A stretch of DNA of 64,000 bases from an uncultured Chthonomonadaceae bacterium (GCA_963817895.1 CAWFQB010000014.1:256001-320000); one strand, 5' to 3'. Counted from the first letter of the stretch, positions 24,845 through 36,246 are shown. The notes: generated by a model not told the origin, from the sequence alone. Program-made: numbers and translations.

Positions 24845-24865
24845 AAATTTACGTACCTCCTTCCA

Positions 24866-27394
24866 CTACTTCTCCGATTCGTAGTACACCCACTTCTGCG
24901 CGGCCTTCAACTGGATTACCGTGAGCGTCAGAATCAGCACGAACAGTATCCACGCCAGCGCGGACGCATACCCCATCTTGAAATACTGGAAAGCGTTCTT
25001 GAACAGGTACATGACCGGCAGCAGCAGACTGTCTACGGGGCCAATCGGCTTGCTCGGATCGCCGCCTGTCAGCACATAAGGGCGGTCGAACTCCTGTAGC
25101 GCGTTAATGGTTCCCATAATCAGGTTGAACAGGATGTACGGCGACAGCATCGGCAACGTCACATGCCGGAATTTTGTCAGCAGTCCCGCTCCGTCCAGAT
25201 CGGCGGCCTCGTACAGATGCACGGGAACGCCCTGCAATCCCGCCAGCCACAAAATCATTCCCGCGCCCGCGCCCCACAGCCCGTTCAAGATCAGGGCAGG
25301 TTTGGCCCACTGCGCCGCGCCAAGCCAGCCGGGTGGCGGCACATGAAACCACGTCCCCAATGTCGCCTGCCAGCCCGCGTTGAGCAGGCCGCGATTCGGG
25401 TCGGCGTTGAGTATCCATGTCCACAGCACCGCGCTCGCCACAACCGGCACAATCGCCGGCACATAAAAGAACGTGCGGTACAAACTCATGCCGGACACTT
25501 TCGCGTTCAGCAGCAGCGCAATCGCAAGGCTGGTGGACAATCCGAGTGGAATACCTACCGCCGCCAGATAAAGCACGTTCTTGAGCGACACGCTCAAGTA
25601 GTAACTGTCGCGTCCAAGCAGGTCGGCGTAATTGTTCAGCCCCACAAACCGCGCGGGGTGCATCACGTCGTAATCGCAGAAACTCAGGAAGATGCTCACG
25701 AGGATTGGCCCCGCCGTCAGCGCGACAAACCCTATTATCCACGGCGCGGCGAACACGTACCCCGCCGTCGCCTCCTGCCGCGTCAGCCGTCGCATCTTCC
25801 GCAGCGCCAACAGACGCCATGCGAAAAAGACGACTACACCTGCGCCGATAAGCGATGCGAGCGTAAGTGGAATGGCAGGATTAAGAGTTTTGTACTGGTT
25901 CTTGGCGAAAACTTTATCCAGTTCCCGTTGTACGACTAACGTACCCTCGTCCATAGACTGCTGCGCCGTCTTGCCCGTTGTCGCATGGTGTGTGGCGTTC
26001 TCGAAAGCGCGTACATGCTCATCCCACAAACGCTGTCCCACAAACGTCACCGGACGAAACCGCGCATGATCCATCATCTGCGCGAACAACTGCATGGAAT
26101 CGCGAAACTTGGGGGATTTGGGCGGAAACTCGCGATACACGGCCTCATTGATCTTGCGGTTTGCGGACAAACCCGGCACGAGCGGGCGTTCTTTGGTATA
26201 GTAATACGCTTTTGTCGCCTTCGCGTCAATCAGCGCCGCTTCCGGGCTGACCATCCACTTGATGAACTGCCACGCCTCCTCGACATGCTTCGCGCCACGC
26301 GGCAGCGCATACGAAAATCCCCCCGCCCACGTTACAAACGTATCTTTATCGTCCTTGAACTTGCCCTCGTGATGTAAACGCGCAGTGGGAACCGGCGCCG
26401 GGGCAACCCCGAAATCCAGATCGGGGCCATACCGCGCGATCCCCTGCGGAATCCACGAGCCGTCAATCTTCATTGCCACTTTGTTCGTCAGGAACGGGTC
26501 CTGCTCATTGGATTGAAAGCCGGATTGAAACGCGGTCACTCTGTCCACGCCGCCCAGCGCGTCGTACACCTTGACCATGTACTCCAGCGCTTCCACATTC
26601 GGCTTCGCGTTCATCGTGCAGGTTCTGCCATCCGCAGACATAAATTCGCCATCGTTCTGCCAGGCATACACGTACAGCCACGAGTTGCCGTAATTGGGAA
26701 TAAAGCCGATGCGGTCATACGTGCCATCCGGCTTGTCCCGCGTCAGTTTTTTGGCGTCCGCAAGCAGTTCCTCCCACGTTTGCGGCGGTTTCGGCTCCCC
26801 TTTCGCGTCCACAATGCCCGCCTCGCGAAACAGCGTTTTGTTATAAATCAGCAGGCGATCATCCGTAGAGTCGGGAATGGCAAACAGCGCGGATTTGCCC
26901 GTGATGGGATCAGTATAATTCGCTTCCTTCCAACAGGCCGGGTAAAAGTCCGCTTCGTGTATGCCGTCCGCCGCGCGTTGGTCGCGTTTGTACAGGTCGT
27001 CCAGCGGCATAAACGCATCCCGTGACGCCCAATCGCCAATAGTGAACCGATCCTGATGTATAATATCCGGCGGCACATTCCCGACAATCGCCGTCATCAG
27101 CTTCTGTGGGTTCATCGAACCCGCGCCCATAGATAATATGCTGACCTCAATATTAGGATGTCGCTTCTCGAACTCCGCCACCTTCGCCCGCAGTCCCCGG
27201 CTCTCTTCCCCGTATTCCAGCCCCCACACTACCAGCTTGACCCTGTTAGAGGAAGCAGTCTCCACCGGATGCGAACAGCCTGTCAAAGCGCCCGCCATCA
27301 GCCAGATTGCCAGCAAAAATCCCAAACGCGCCATCATCGGCCCACTTCGCCACATGGATTGTATCCTTATATCACTATAGCTCGTCGCTGCCAC
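24866..27394 (-). CDS. Fused sugar solute-binding lipoprotein and ABC permease (true start may be later)
   Basis: Lipobox LTGC, SBP body, then TM helices with LYEAADLDGA. Confidence 0.9.
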   Translation of the reverse strand: MAATSYSDIRIQSMWRSGPMMARLGFLLAIWLMAGALTGCSHPVETASSNRVKLVVWGLEYGEESRGLRAKVAEFEKRHPNIEVSILSMGAGSMNPQKLMTAIVGNVPPDIIHQDRFTIGDWASRDAFMPLDDLYKRDQRAADGIHEADFYPACWKEANYTDPITGKSALFAIPDSTDDRLLIYNKTLFREAGIVDAKGEPKPPQTWEELLADAKKLTRDKPDGTYDRIGFIPNYGNSWLYVYAWQNDGEFMSADGRTCTMNAKPNVEALEYMVKVYDALGGVDRVTAFQSGFQSNEQDPFLTNKVAMKIDGSWIPQGIARYGPDLDFGVAPAPVPTARLHHEGKFKDDKDTFVTWAGGFSYALPRGAKHVEEAWQFIKWMVSPEAALIDAKATKAYYYTKERPLVPGLSANRKINEAVYREFPPKSPKFRDSMQLFAQMMDHARFRPVTFVGQRLWDEHVRAFENATHHATTGKTAQQSMDEGTLVVQRELDKVFAKNQYKTLNPAIPLTLASLIGAGVVVFFAWRLLALRKMRRLTRQEATAGYVFAAPWIIGFVALTAGPILVSIFLSFCDYDVMHPARFVGLNNYADLLGRDSYYLSVSLKNVLYLAAVGIPLGLSTSLAIALLLNAKVSGMSLYRTFFYVPAIVPVVASAVLWTWILNADPNRGLLNAGWQATLGTWFHVPPPGWLGAAQWAKPALILNGLWGAGAGMILWLAGLQGVPVHLYEAADLDGAGLLTKFRHVTLPMLSPYILFNLIMGTINALQEFDRPYVLTGGDPSKPIGPVDSLLLPVMYLFKNAFQYFKMGYASALAWILFVLILTLTVIQLKAAQKWVYYESEK

Positions 27395-27635
27395 TGACGT
27401 AGTCCTGCGGGGCTATGTCTATGTCCGGGTCGGTTCCGTAGTTTTCCACGCCCCAGCCCACGTCCTGAAACCAGAACGAGAACTCCGGCTGCGAAGTGAC
27501 CGCGCCGTCCGCGAGGGGATTGCGCGGCCAGATGCCGATCACGCCGCCCCATGTCCGCTTACCCACAAGCGGGCCAAGTTTCATCAGTTTCCAGACGTGG
27601 CTGAAAATGTCGCCAGCCAATTGCTCATGGTTCAT
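27375..27635 (-). pseudogene. Duplicated tricorn protease fragment (27390-27614 matches 29850-30080)
   Basis: Identical except for one 6-bp unit and one substitution. Confidence 0.9.
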
Positions 27636-27973
27636 GCGGCGATTGTTTCGGCATACTGACGCGTGTTTGGCAAGTGAAAGGCGAGAACAACATCCTGCGG
27701 AGAAACGCCTTCTTCAATCAGAGCGTTGGCAATGGGCGCATCGGTCATATCGTCTTCAATCCAGATTTGCTGTCCGCGCAGGGTTAGAAAAAGCGTATTG
27801 CCGCTGATACGCTTGCGCTTCATCCATCCCAATGTAATAAGGGCGTATTGTCCGCGTTCATCGTCAAAGAAACAGCGCACTTCCAAGCCTTCCGGCAACA
27901 CCGGCTGCACCATGCGCTCACGCTCACATAACAGGCGCTTGATAATCTCTCGATATTCCGCTACTTGATCCAT
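27632..27973 (-). CDS. XisI family protein
   Basis: MDQVAEYREII, FDDERGQY..GW, IWIEDD, GVSPQDVVLAFH. Confidence 0.9.
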   Translation of the reverse strand: MDQVAEYREIIKRLLCERERMVQPVLPEGLEVRCFFDDERGQYALITLGWMKRKRISGNTLFLTLRGQQIWIEDDMTDAPIANALIEEGVSPQDVVLAFHLPNTRQYAETIAA

Positions 27974-28011
27974 TCCTTTATCTCCTCTCGTTCCGCATCC
28001 ACAACCAAATT
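27961..28011 (-). pseudogene. XisH C-terminal relic
   Basis: LVVDAEREEIKEWIK* overlaps the xisI start as in xisHI pairs; no upstream ORF. Confidence 0.55.
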
Positions 28012-28042
28012 TTAATTGCGTTCAATAGATTCCCAACAACCA

Positions 28043-28073
28043 AAAGGAGAGCGCAGATCGTTGCGCTCTCCTT
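28043..28073 (-). terminator. Hairpin terminator
   Basis: aaggagagcgca...tgcgctctcctt. Confidence 0.6.
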
Positions 28074-28106
28074 CATTATACACCGGAACCAGACAACACA
28101 GGCTCA

Positions 28107-28649
28107 CTACTTCTTTTTTAGTTCCTCAACCTGCTTTTTGAGGTCATCAATCTGTTTCTGCATCTCCTCCAACTTTTGAGAGATGATGATGGCTGACAGG
28201 GTAGGTTCAACTGGCTCTCCAATCACTTCAAGGGCTTCTCCTTTGTGCATAGTAATATCAATCTTGTTGATTTCCCCCCCTTTAACCATTACGCCATTTA
28301 TTCGCAATGGCCTTAACTTAACCAAGTCAGGGCGTGTGTTATCTACGAAGATGTCATATATGCCGGGTTTGAGTTCAATTCGATAGAGGCCACCCAAGTC
28401 GCCCTGAAATCGATTGACATAGACATCCTCGCCTTCACGATTCTTTATTATTATTGATATCGGGATTTGCTTATAGAGTGGCTCATTCTCTTCATCCAAT
28501 GCCATTCCTTCCAGAAAAGTCTTGCCGAGAATGGGCGCAGGTTTGGGCTTAGGAGTCTGCGCGAGGGCGAATTGCGGTTTATTGATAGTGAAGGCGGCGA
28601 ACAACGCGAACAGCACGAACAGAATGGCGAGAGCAGATTTGCGGGACAT
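28107..28649 (-). CDS. Secreted protein, carboxypeptidase-regulatory-like fold plus C-terminal coiled coil
   Basis: Signal peptide; GLYRIELKPGIYDIFV; EEMQKQIDDLKKQVEELKK. Confidence 0.6.
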   Translation of the reverse strand: MSRKSALAILFVLFALFAAFTINKPQFALAQTPKPKPAPILGKTFLEGMALDEENEPLYKQIPISIIIKNREGEDVYVNRFQGDLGGLYRIELKPGIYDIFVDNTRPDLVKLRPLRINGVMVKGGEINKIDITMHKGEALEVIGEPVEPTLSAIIISQKLEEMQKQIDDLKKQVEELKKK

Positions 28650-28879
28650 GGGAGGTTCTCCTTCATTGCCCGACGGAGAGTTGTGCGGTTTTCTGCCAAC
28701 TCAAAAGGGTGATTTTGGCTGTAGCCATTCTTGCTGAACGGATCGGCATAAACAACGTGTCAGTAGTTACAGATACTTTTCGTAACTTTTAACATTATAG
28801 CATATTTTATGAACTTCGCGTCACGCCTGTATCTGCACGACTGCCTTTTTGCCGAAAATAGAGAAGCGTGGTTCAGGGC

Positions 28880-28908
28880 TTGACAATATACGGTTGGTTT
28901 GCTATGAT
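28880..28908 (+). promoter_or_regulatory. sigma70 promoter of the toxin-antitoxin pair
   Basis: TTGACA-17-TATGAT. Confidence 0.7.
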
Positions 28909-28955
28909 ACTGTGAGGTTGATTCAGTCTGTGAGTTTACGTGCCGGAGGAAAACC

Positions 28956-29219
28956 ATGTCTCTATTGGACATACCGAAAGTTCCAGAGGAAGTAAAGTCC
29001 GCTTCCAAACCGTTTGCTGCGGATGTAAATACGTCTTTTGAAACAGTTGAAACAGAGCAATCCTCGTGTACAATCGAAGCCTTTTCCTTGCAAGGTGAGA
29101 TACCTCAACCTGCTGCCGATGCGTGGAAAGAAACCATTGGCATGTTCGACGGGGACAAGCTGTTCAAAGAACTATCTGAGGCAGGCAAAACCATTCGTGA
29201 ATCGCAGCGGGAAAACTAA
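28956..29219 (+). CDS. Putative antitoxin
   Basis: Small acidic ORF whose stop overlaps the PIN gene start (TAATG). Confidence 0.6.
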   Translation: MSLLDIPKVPEEVKSASKPFAADVNTSFETVETEQSSCTIEAFSLQGEIPQPAADAWKETIGMFDGDKLFKELSEAGKTIRESQREN

Positions 29220-29665
29220 TGCTCATTCTGGACACGAATCATCTGGACGCATTGATGTATGAACATGAGCGGCGTAGCCTGCTCGTGGCGCGTTTGGAAA
29301 AGGCTGCGCCAGAGCATGTAGTCGCAACCACGGTTATCAATGTTCAAGAGAAATTCAACGGCTGGCTTTCCAAAATCAATTCCAGCAACACGCCGCTTCC
29401 CTTGCAGGTTCAATACTATGCTGAAATGGAGAAACTGATTCGCTTCTTCTCACACTGGCGAGTTCTTTCCTTTGACACAACGGCAGCGGACGTGTATACA
29501 AGCCTGAAGAATTCTAATGCGCGTTCTGCGGGAACAAATGACCTCAAAATAGCTGCGATTGCCATTTGTCATAATGCGATACTGCTCACAAGGAATACCA
29601 ATGATTTCAGAAAAGTTCCAAATCTAGTTGTTGAAGACTGGCTGGCAGATGCGCCGCAAGAATAA
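29219..29665 (+). CDS. VapC-like PIN domain toxin
   Basis: ILDTN, DLKIAAIA, LLTRNTNDF..VEDW. Confidence 0.92.
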   Translation: MLILDTNHLDALMYEHERRSLLVARLEKAAPEHVVATTVINVQEKFNGWLSKINSSNTPLPLQVQYYAEMEKLIRFFSHWRVLSFDTTAADVYTSLKNSNARSAGTNDLKIAAIAICHNAILLTRNTNDFRKVPNLVVEDWLADAPQE

Positions 29666-29690
29666 TGCCCGTATAAATGTCTACAGGCAT

Positions 29691-29732
29691 CAAAGCAGGC
29701 GGCAGAAACCAAAAGTTTCTGCCGCCTGCTTT
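29691..29732. terminator. Bidirectional terminator between convergent genes
   Basis: caaagcaggcggcagaaac...gtttctgccgcctgctttg. Confidence 0.8.
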
Positions 29733-29735
29733 GTT

Positions 29736-32700
29736 TTACAATATTTGCAGCGCGAGATTGGGACGGTCTGTGAACGACGGCTTGACGGGCGGGTTGGCTT
29801 CCAGAGCCTCATTGATGAGGCTGAGGGCTTTTTCCATTTGCGGATCGTAGCCGCTGACGTAGTCCTGCGGGGCTATGTCTATGTCTATGTCCGGGTCGGT
29901 TCCGTAGTTTTCCACGCCCCAGCCCACGTCCTGAAACCAGAACGAGAACTCCGGCTGCGAAGTGACCGCGCCGTCCGCGAGGGGATTGCGCGGCCAGATG
30001 CCGATCACGCCGCCCCATGTCCGCTTACCCACAAGCGGGCCAAGTTTCATCAGTTTCCAGACGTGGCTGAAAATGTCGCCGTCCGAACCCGCCCACTGAT
30101 TTGTAATTGCCACAAGCGGGCCGGCGGGCGAATAGTTCGGGTACGGTTCCGGTTCGCCCCACCGCTGTATGTCGTACCCGACCCGCTTTCGCGCCAGTTT
30201 CTCGATCAGCAGTTGCGACACATGCCCGCCCCGGTTAAAGCGCACGTCCACAATTAGCCCGTCATGCGCCACTTCCGCCAGATAGGTACGGTGGAATTCG
30301 GCGTATCCGTGCGCCCCCATGTCGGGAATATGCACATACCCGACGCGCCCGTTGGTTGCCTTATGAACCATTTCGCGGTTCGCTTCCACCCACTCGCGAT
30401 ACCGGGCGGGGAACTCCGAGCGCAGGGTTTTCACCGATACATCCCGCGTTTTGCCGTCCGCATCCTCGACCGTTAAGGTCACTTCACTGTCCGCCAGATG
30501 TACGAGCAGTTCATTGGGCGGGTCTGTCTTGCTCACTTTGCGCCCGTTGATGGCCCGCAGTTTATCGCCCACCTTGACATTGATTCCTGGCGCGATGAGA
30601 GGCGAACTCGCCCGCGCTTCTCCCGGCGAACCTACAATGATACGCGAGACAACGTAAGCATCCGAACCCGCATCGTAATCGTAATCCGCGCCCAAAAAGC
30701 CCTGCGGATACGACGGCTCCGACCGGTAATCGCCGCCCATTTCGTAGGCGTGAGACGTGCCCAGTTCGCCCTGCATTTCCCACAATAGATCGGACAATTC
30801 GCCCCGCGTTCCGACCCTATTGACGAGCGGCGAGTACCGTTCCCAAATCGCTTTCCAGTCTATCTGCGACATGTCTTCCGTCCAGAAGAATTCGCGCTGC
30901 AGCCGCCACGCCTCCTGCGCCATCTGCTGCCACTCCATGCCCGGATCAACCGATACCTTGACCCGCTTCAAATCCACCCACCCGCTTTTGCGTCCCGGCT
31001 CACTGCCGCCCTTTTCGTCCGGCTTTTCGCCCGCCCGCAAGTATCCGCAGTTTGCGGTTGGCGCGGTACGCCAGCATTTTGCCGTTCTGCGAAATCTCAA
31101 AATCGGTCATGCCGCTCACAAGCGTCTCGTGCTTCAGATCTTTGAAGTTGAATGACTCCAAACTTCCCTTTGCCGGACGCTCGCTGCCCAAACGAATCCT
31201 GCCCAATCGCGCCCTCAACGGGATATGACGTAAACAGCGCCTTGCCTTTGATGCCCGCAATCTGCCCGTACAATCCATCCGCAACCGGAAACGCGACGAC
31301 GCGGTTTTCAATCCCGTCAAAATCTATGGTTACGGTGGTTGGTGGCTGGTGGATGGGGGTTGATGAGTCTTCTCTTCCTCTTCCTTATCGCTGTTCTCCC
31401 CGTCCTCTTTCTTCTCTTCTTCTTTTCTTCTCTTCTTCTCTTCTTCCCTATCCTCTTCGCCCGGTTTCAGCGTGAACGGCGTCGGCTAGGTCGGCGCGGA
31501 GAGTAAGCAGGTAGGGGCGCATGCCTTTGGGGAAGCCTAAGTCAAAATGAAGATTGTCGTACACGGGATTTAGTTGGCGGGTAGCGAGGAAGTACAGGAA
31601 TTTTCCGTCAGGGTCGAAGGCGGGTTCCGTATCGTGCAGCACAGGCTTGGTTACGGTTCGCTTTTCGCCCGTTGTTTTGTCCCAAATGCGCAATTCCGTC
31701 TGGTACGCGCTGAGGGCATAGCCATACGCTACCCAACGCCCATCCCCGGACCAGTTCATGCCCTGCATGTTCCGCGCCGCGCTCTTATCTATGACTTGCA
31801 GCGTTTTTTCCGCCAGATCAATGTACAGCAGTTCGTTACGATGATTGCTCACGATTACCTGATCGCCCGTTGGCGACACGCGCAGACCGGTAGGACGCCC
31901 AATGTCCAAGCCTTCCAGACGGACAGGCTCGTCAGTTCCTTTAATGGAATGAATTTCCAGCGACTCCACACCGCCCCGATCAACCACTGTGACCACGCGC
32001 TCGCCATCGTTGAGCCAAGCGGTCATGCGATAGCGCATAGGCGCGTTCTCACTCCCCTGCGGCGTGATCGCGCCCTCGAAATTGCCGAACGTGAAACTTT
32101 TGCCGCGCGACGTGATTGCCAGCGAGTGGCCTTTGGGATGAATGGCGTAGCTGTCCATGTATTTCGCCGCTTCAACAAACTTGCGCTGTTTGTGCGTCTG
32201 CGGGCTGTGATACGCCACTTCTATCTTCTGTTCCACATTCGTTTGCGGGATCGAACACGAACAGATCGCCGCCCGCATGGTACGCGATTCGCTTGCCGTC
32301 GCTGTTCGGGAAACGGACAAAATACTCGCGCTGATTGGTCAGACGCTGAATATCACCGCCCTCCAGATCGCACGAGTACAGATTGCCCATGCCCTCATGG
32401 TCGGACAAAAATACAATCCGGTCGCCGTGCCACATCGGACGCGCCACATTGCCCTTGAGTTGCAGCAGGCGCTTGAACGTTCCCCCACCTGCCGCGTCTA
32501 TCCAGATGTCGCCCGCCGTGCCGCCGCGATACCGTTTCCACCGCGCCGGGTCGTTGTTGTTGCGCCCGATAACCGTGCGGCTTTTGCTGTCAATGGAAAT
32601 ACTCACCGCATGGCCTACGGGATAGGGTTCCGGTTCACCGCCCTTCGGGACTGACCGCAAACACAAACCCGATGCGGTCAATGGCCTGCCGGTAATCGCT

Positions 32701-33006
32701 GGAAAACAGGATTTTACCGCCATCTGGCGTCCAGCCAATCACCGTGCTGCTCACGCCAAGATACGTGACGCGCTTCACCGGCCCGCCTTCAGCCGGCATG
32801 ACATACACCTCATTATGCCCCTCTTCCCGCCCCGTAAAGGCAAGCGTTTTGCCATCCGGCGAAAAGAACGGGTGTGAAATGGTTCCCAGATTGGCGGTCA
32901 AACGACGCGCAATGCCGCCCTCCGTAGAAACCGTCCATAAATCATCTTCCGATACAAAAACAAGCGTATTGTCGTGAATGGTGGGATAGCGATAATATCC
33001 GGGCAT
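29736..33006 (-). CDS. Tricorn protease (S41B); split by several frameshifts
   Basis: GYYRYPTIH, WKRYRGGTAG, GELGTSHAY, GYVHIPDM, catalytic GSDGD. Confidence 0.93.
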
Positions 33007-33089
33007 GGGTGTCTCCGAGGGAGTGGTGGAGTGGTGGTAGTAGGGATGTAGGAAAAGCGTTGTTCAACTCGCGTAATGGCCTAGCTCAC

Positions 33090-33671
33090 CTACCACCTAC
33101 TACCAGCCACTCCCTTCCTCATTCCTCTTCTGGTAAAATAGCGGTGTAAAACATGCGGCGGCGGCGGCCGGGTCCGGGCTGATTCATGGACGCCAGATTG
33201 GATAAACTCTCCAGTGCGGCGCAAAAGTATTCGTATTCCTTGTCCGTCAGGTACAGCGCATTGGCGGAGATACATCCCGCCGCGCCGCTTTTCCGCTTCC
33301 GGCTGTCCGAAAAACTGACGCCCGGAACTCAGCAGAGCGCTGGCAAACGTGGTGAAATACCGTACCAATTCTTCCGGGGGGGCATTGGCAAGGTCGAGTA
33401 CGGTTTCCTGCTCCGGCAGCGCATAGTGCTTTTCCACAGTGCCGCGCAGCGTCTGTGTTTCAATCAACTGCACCACATCGGCATCCACCAGTGTCTTCAA
33501 ATGCCGATACAGCGAAGCGACGGCAACATCCGGCAGCAAAGCGCCAATTTGTGTCGCGGTCAGGCGGCGGTTGGGCGAAAGCGCGTTCATAATCCGCAAT
33601 CGAACAGGATGCCAGACAACATCCGCTTTGGAAGCAACGCTGTCAAACTCTTCTGCATCATCTCGCGTCAT
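33090..33671 (-). CDS. ArsR-like HTH transcriptional regulator (probable frameshift near 33265)
   Basis: HPVRLRI, ASLYRHLKTLVDA, RGTVEKHY. Confidence 0.8.
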   Translation of the reverse strand: MTRDDAEEFDSVASKADVVWHPVRLRIMNALSPNRRLTATQIGALLPDVAVASLYRHLKTLVDADVVQLIETQTLRGTVEKHYALPEQETVLDLANAPPEELVRYFTTFASALLSSGRQFFGQPEAEKRRGGMYLRQCAVPDGQGIRILLRRTGEFIQSGVHESARTRPPPPHVLHRYFTRRGMRKGVAGSRW

Positions 33672-33857
33672 GGTTTCTCGTTTCTATACGTTTCGCATTT
33701 CTGGAACGAGCACGGCAATCCACTTCGTCAATCAAACTCAATGCGTCCTGTAATCATACCGGATGCCGCCTATTATAGTCTCATTTTTGAGAATAGTCAA
33801 GATGTTTGCTTGCTATCCTTCGGCGCTATATACTTTGACTTCTGGTACAATACATGT

Positions 33858-34666
33858 ATGTTGATTCCGGCGGGCAAATCGCCATTTCTTGAACGCTACT
33901 TCCTGCTGTACACGCGCCGTTATCTTACAGCGCAGTTTTCATGCCGTCCGGCTGTTGGGGGACGCGCCGCAGTGGGAAGATGACGGACATACGCCCCTGC
34001 TCGTCTGCCTGAACCACAGCAGTTGGTGGGACGTGCTGCTCGGCCTGCTCGTGGAAACGGAGTTGTTCGGGTGGGAGTGGTACACGGTCATGGACGCGCG
34101 GCAGTTGGAACGCTACAAATTCTTTACCCGCATGGGCGTTATCGGCGTGGATCGCGCCAGCCTGAGCGGAGCCAGAGAATTCCTACGTTACAGCGAGAAC
34201 CTGCTGAAAGGCAAGCGGCGTTCTCTGTGGCTGACGCCGCAGGGCGCGATGCTCTCCAACTACGCCCGCCCCATCACTTTTCAGCCCGGTCTCGGCTATC
34301 TGGCTGCCGGCTTGGAAGATTTCTACTACACCCGCGTGGCGTTCCACTACGAGTTTTGGGATGAGCGCCTGCCGGAAGCGTTCGTATCCGTCGCGCCCGT
34401 CGAGCGCATCCAGACAACCCACCCCGATTTCAACCGCAAAACTTTCGTTCACGCGCAGGAACAGGCATTGGAAGCGCAAGTCGCCACACTACTTGAAGCC
34501 GTCCAGCAACGCAATGCCGACGCCTTCCACTATTTGCAGCGCGGGCATGTCGGCATCAGCCCCACCTACGACGCTATCCGCGCCGCTCGGAGCCAAACTG
34601 CGCGGCCAATCCTTCACCCCCGAACACAGCGAAATTGTCACCCCGCAATGGAAGAAAAAGAACTAA
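33858..34666 (+). CDS. Lysophospholipid acyltransferase family (frameshifts near both ends)
   Basis: NHSSWWD, WLTPQG, YEFWDERLPE. Confidence 0.85.
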
Positions 34667-34861
34667 CCACCCGCTACGCTAGAGACACAGAGACACAGAG
34701 AGGGAACACAGAGGAAGAAGAGGAGAAGACTAAATCATAAGTCTGTCTTCTCGCCTTGTAATCCTGTTTAATCCTGAAAATCCTGTTAATTCTCCTCTCG
34801 TATCTCGTATCTTCTCTGTGTTCCCTCTCTGTGCCTCTGTGTCTCTAGCGTAGCGGGTGGT
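34666..34861. repeat. 48-bp inverted repeat with nested short tandem repeats
   Basis: Arms 34666-34713/34814-34861 with one mismatch; inner aatcctg and ctcgtat repeats. Confidence 0.9.
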
Positions 34862-34870
34862 GAATTTTCT

Positions 34871-35930
34871 TCACGGTGTCCAGTCAATATCCGGGGTGAC
34901 GCGCTCGACGAAGCCGGCCATCAGGCGGGCGGTGTTTTCAATATCGTCCAGCGACATCACTTCGCAGGGCGTGTGCATGTAGCGGAGGGGAACGGAGATC
35001 AGGCCGGTCGCCATTCCCGCGCGGCTGATCTGCATGGCGTTCGCGTCCGTGCCGGTGCCGCCGCCAAAAGCCTCGATTTGGTAGGGAATTTCCAGGTCTT
35101 TAGCGGTTTGCACCAGCATGGCGAACACTTTGGGGTTGATGTTCGCCCCGCGCCCGATGACTGGCCCGCCGCCCAATTTGATGTCGCCCACTTTCTTCTT
35201 GTCCGCGCCGGGAAAGTCCATCGCGTGTCCCACGTCGGTAGCGATTCCAACAAGCGGGTCAATGCTGAAACTTGCCGTTCGCGCGCCGCGCAGTCCGATC
35301 TCCTCCTGAACGTTCGCCACGCCGTACACGCCGCACTGCAACTCCTTGCCTTGCAGCAGGCGCATGGCTTCGGCAACCACGAAACACCCCATTTTGTTGT
35401 CGAAACTGCGGGCAGTCGCGCGTTCGCCCTGCAAGCGTTGTAGTTCCTGCGCATACGTAATGCAGTCGCCGATTTGCACCAGTTCTTCAGCTTCCTTGCG
35501 GGTGGCAACGCCAATGTCAATCCACAGCTCATCGGTTTTCGGCACTTTATCGCGCTCCGCGCTGTCCAGCAGATGAATGGCTTTGCGTCCCAAAACACCC
35601 AGTATCGGGCCGCTTTCCGTATGGATATTCACCCGCTGCCCCACCGCGACAATAGCATCATGTCCGCCGATTTGCCCGAAGTAGATGCAGCCATCGTCGC
35701 TGATATAGCGAACGATAAAGCCGATCTCATCGGCATGTCCCGCCAGCATCACGCGGGGATGCGCATGTGACATTTTTAGCCGCAATCACGCTGCCCATAA
35801 TGTCCGTATGCACGTTATCCGCATACGGCTGTATCCGGTCACGAAAGACCTTTTGCACCTGCTGCTCATACCCGGAGGGTCCGGGTGTATTGACGATGCG
35901 CTGCAAAAACTCAAAGGAATCATCCAACAT
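34871..35930 (-). CDS. M42 family metallopeptidase (frameshift near 35775)
   Basis: GPSGYE, GHADEIG, DNK, QEEIGLRGA, GTDA, RYMHTP. Confidence 0.93.
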
Positions 35931-36246
35931 TCTACAGTTCTCTCCATTCAGAGGGAGGTTCTCCCCTGTTCTCTTTGCCGGGTCGCTGTTGGCGGCCTCG
36001 GTTTTTTCCTGACAGTAATGAAAATTCTACGAACATTTTCATCACGCTTCACAACCGGACACATTCTTTCAGGGTTAAAAAACCTGTCTGTATGGCCTGC
36101 GGCGTAGGGACATAACTTGTTATGTCCTCCTACGAACACCAATGCTTTTTAAACCTGAATTCGCGTCCGTAGGACGCTTGGCGGAACGCCACATAGACGG
36201 GTATTTTCAATACCCGGAAAATGGTGTCCGGTGGTGAACATCGCGT

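Noticed and set aside
27632..29665. Integron cassette array or prophage
   Set aside because: No attC-like sites, integrase or phage genes recognised
27390..30080. Diversity-generating retroelement template/variable repeat pair
   Set aside because: Copies differ by one substitution and a 6-bp indel, not many adenine-specific changes; no reverse transcriptase present
31370..31460. Pyrimidine-rich tract as a separate element
   Set aside because: Encodes the Glu/Lys-rich tricorn linker on the minus strand
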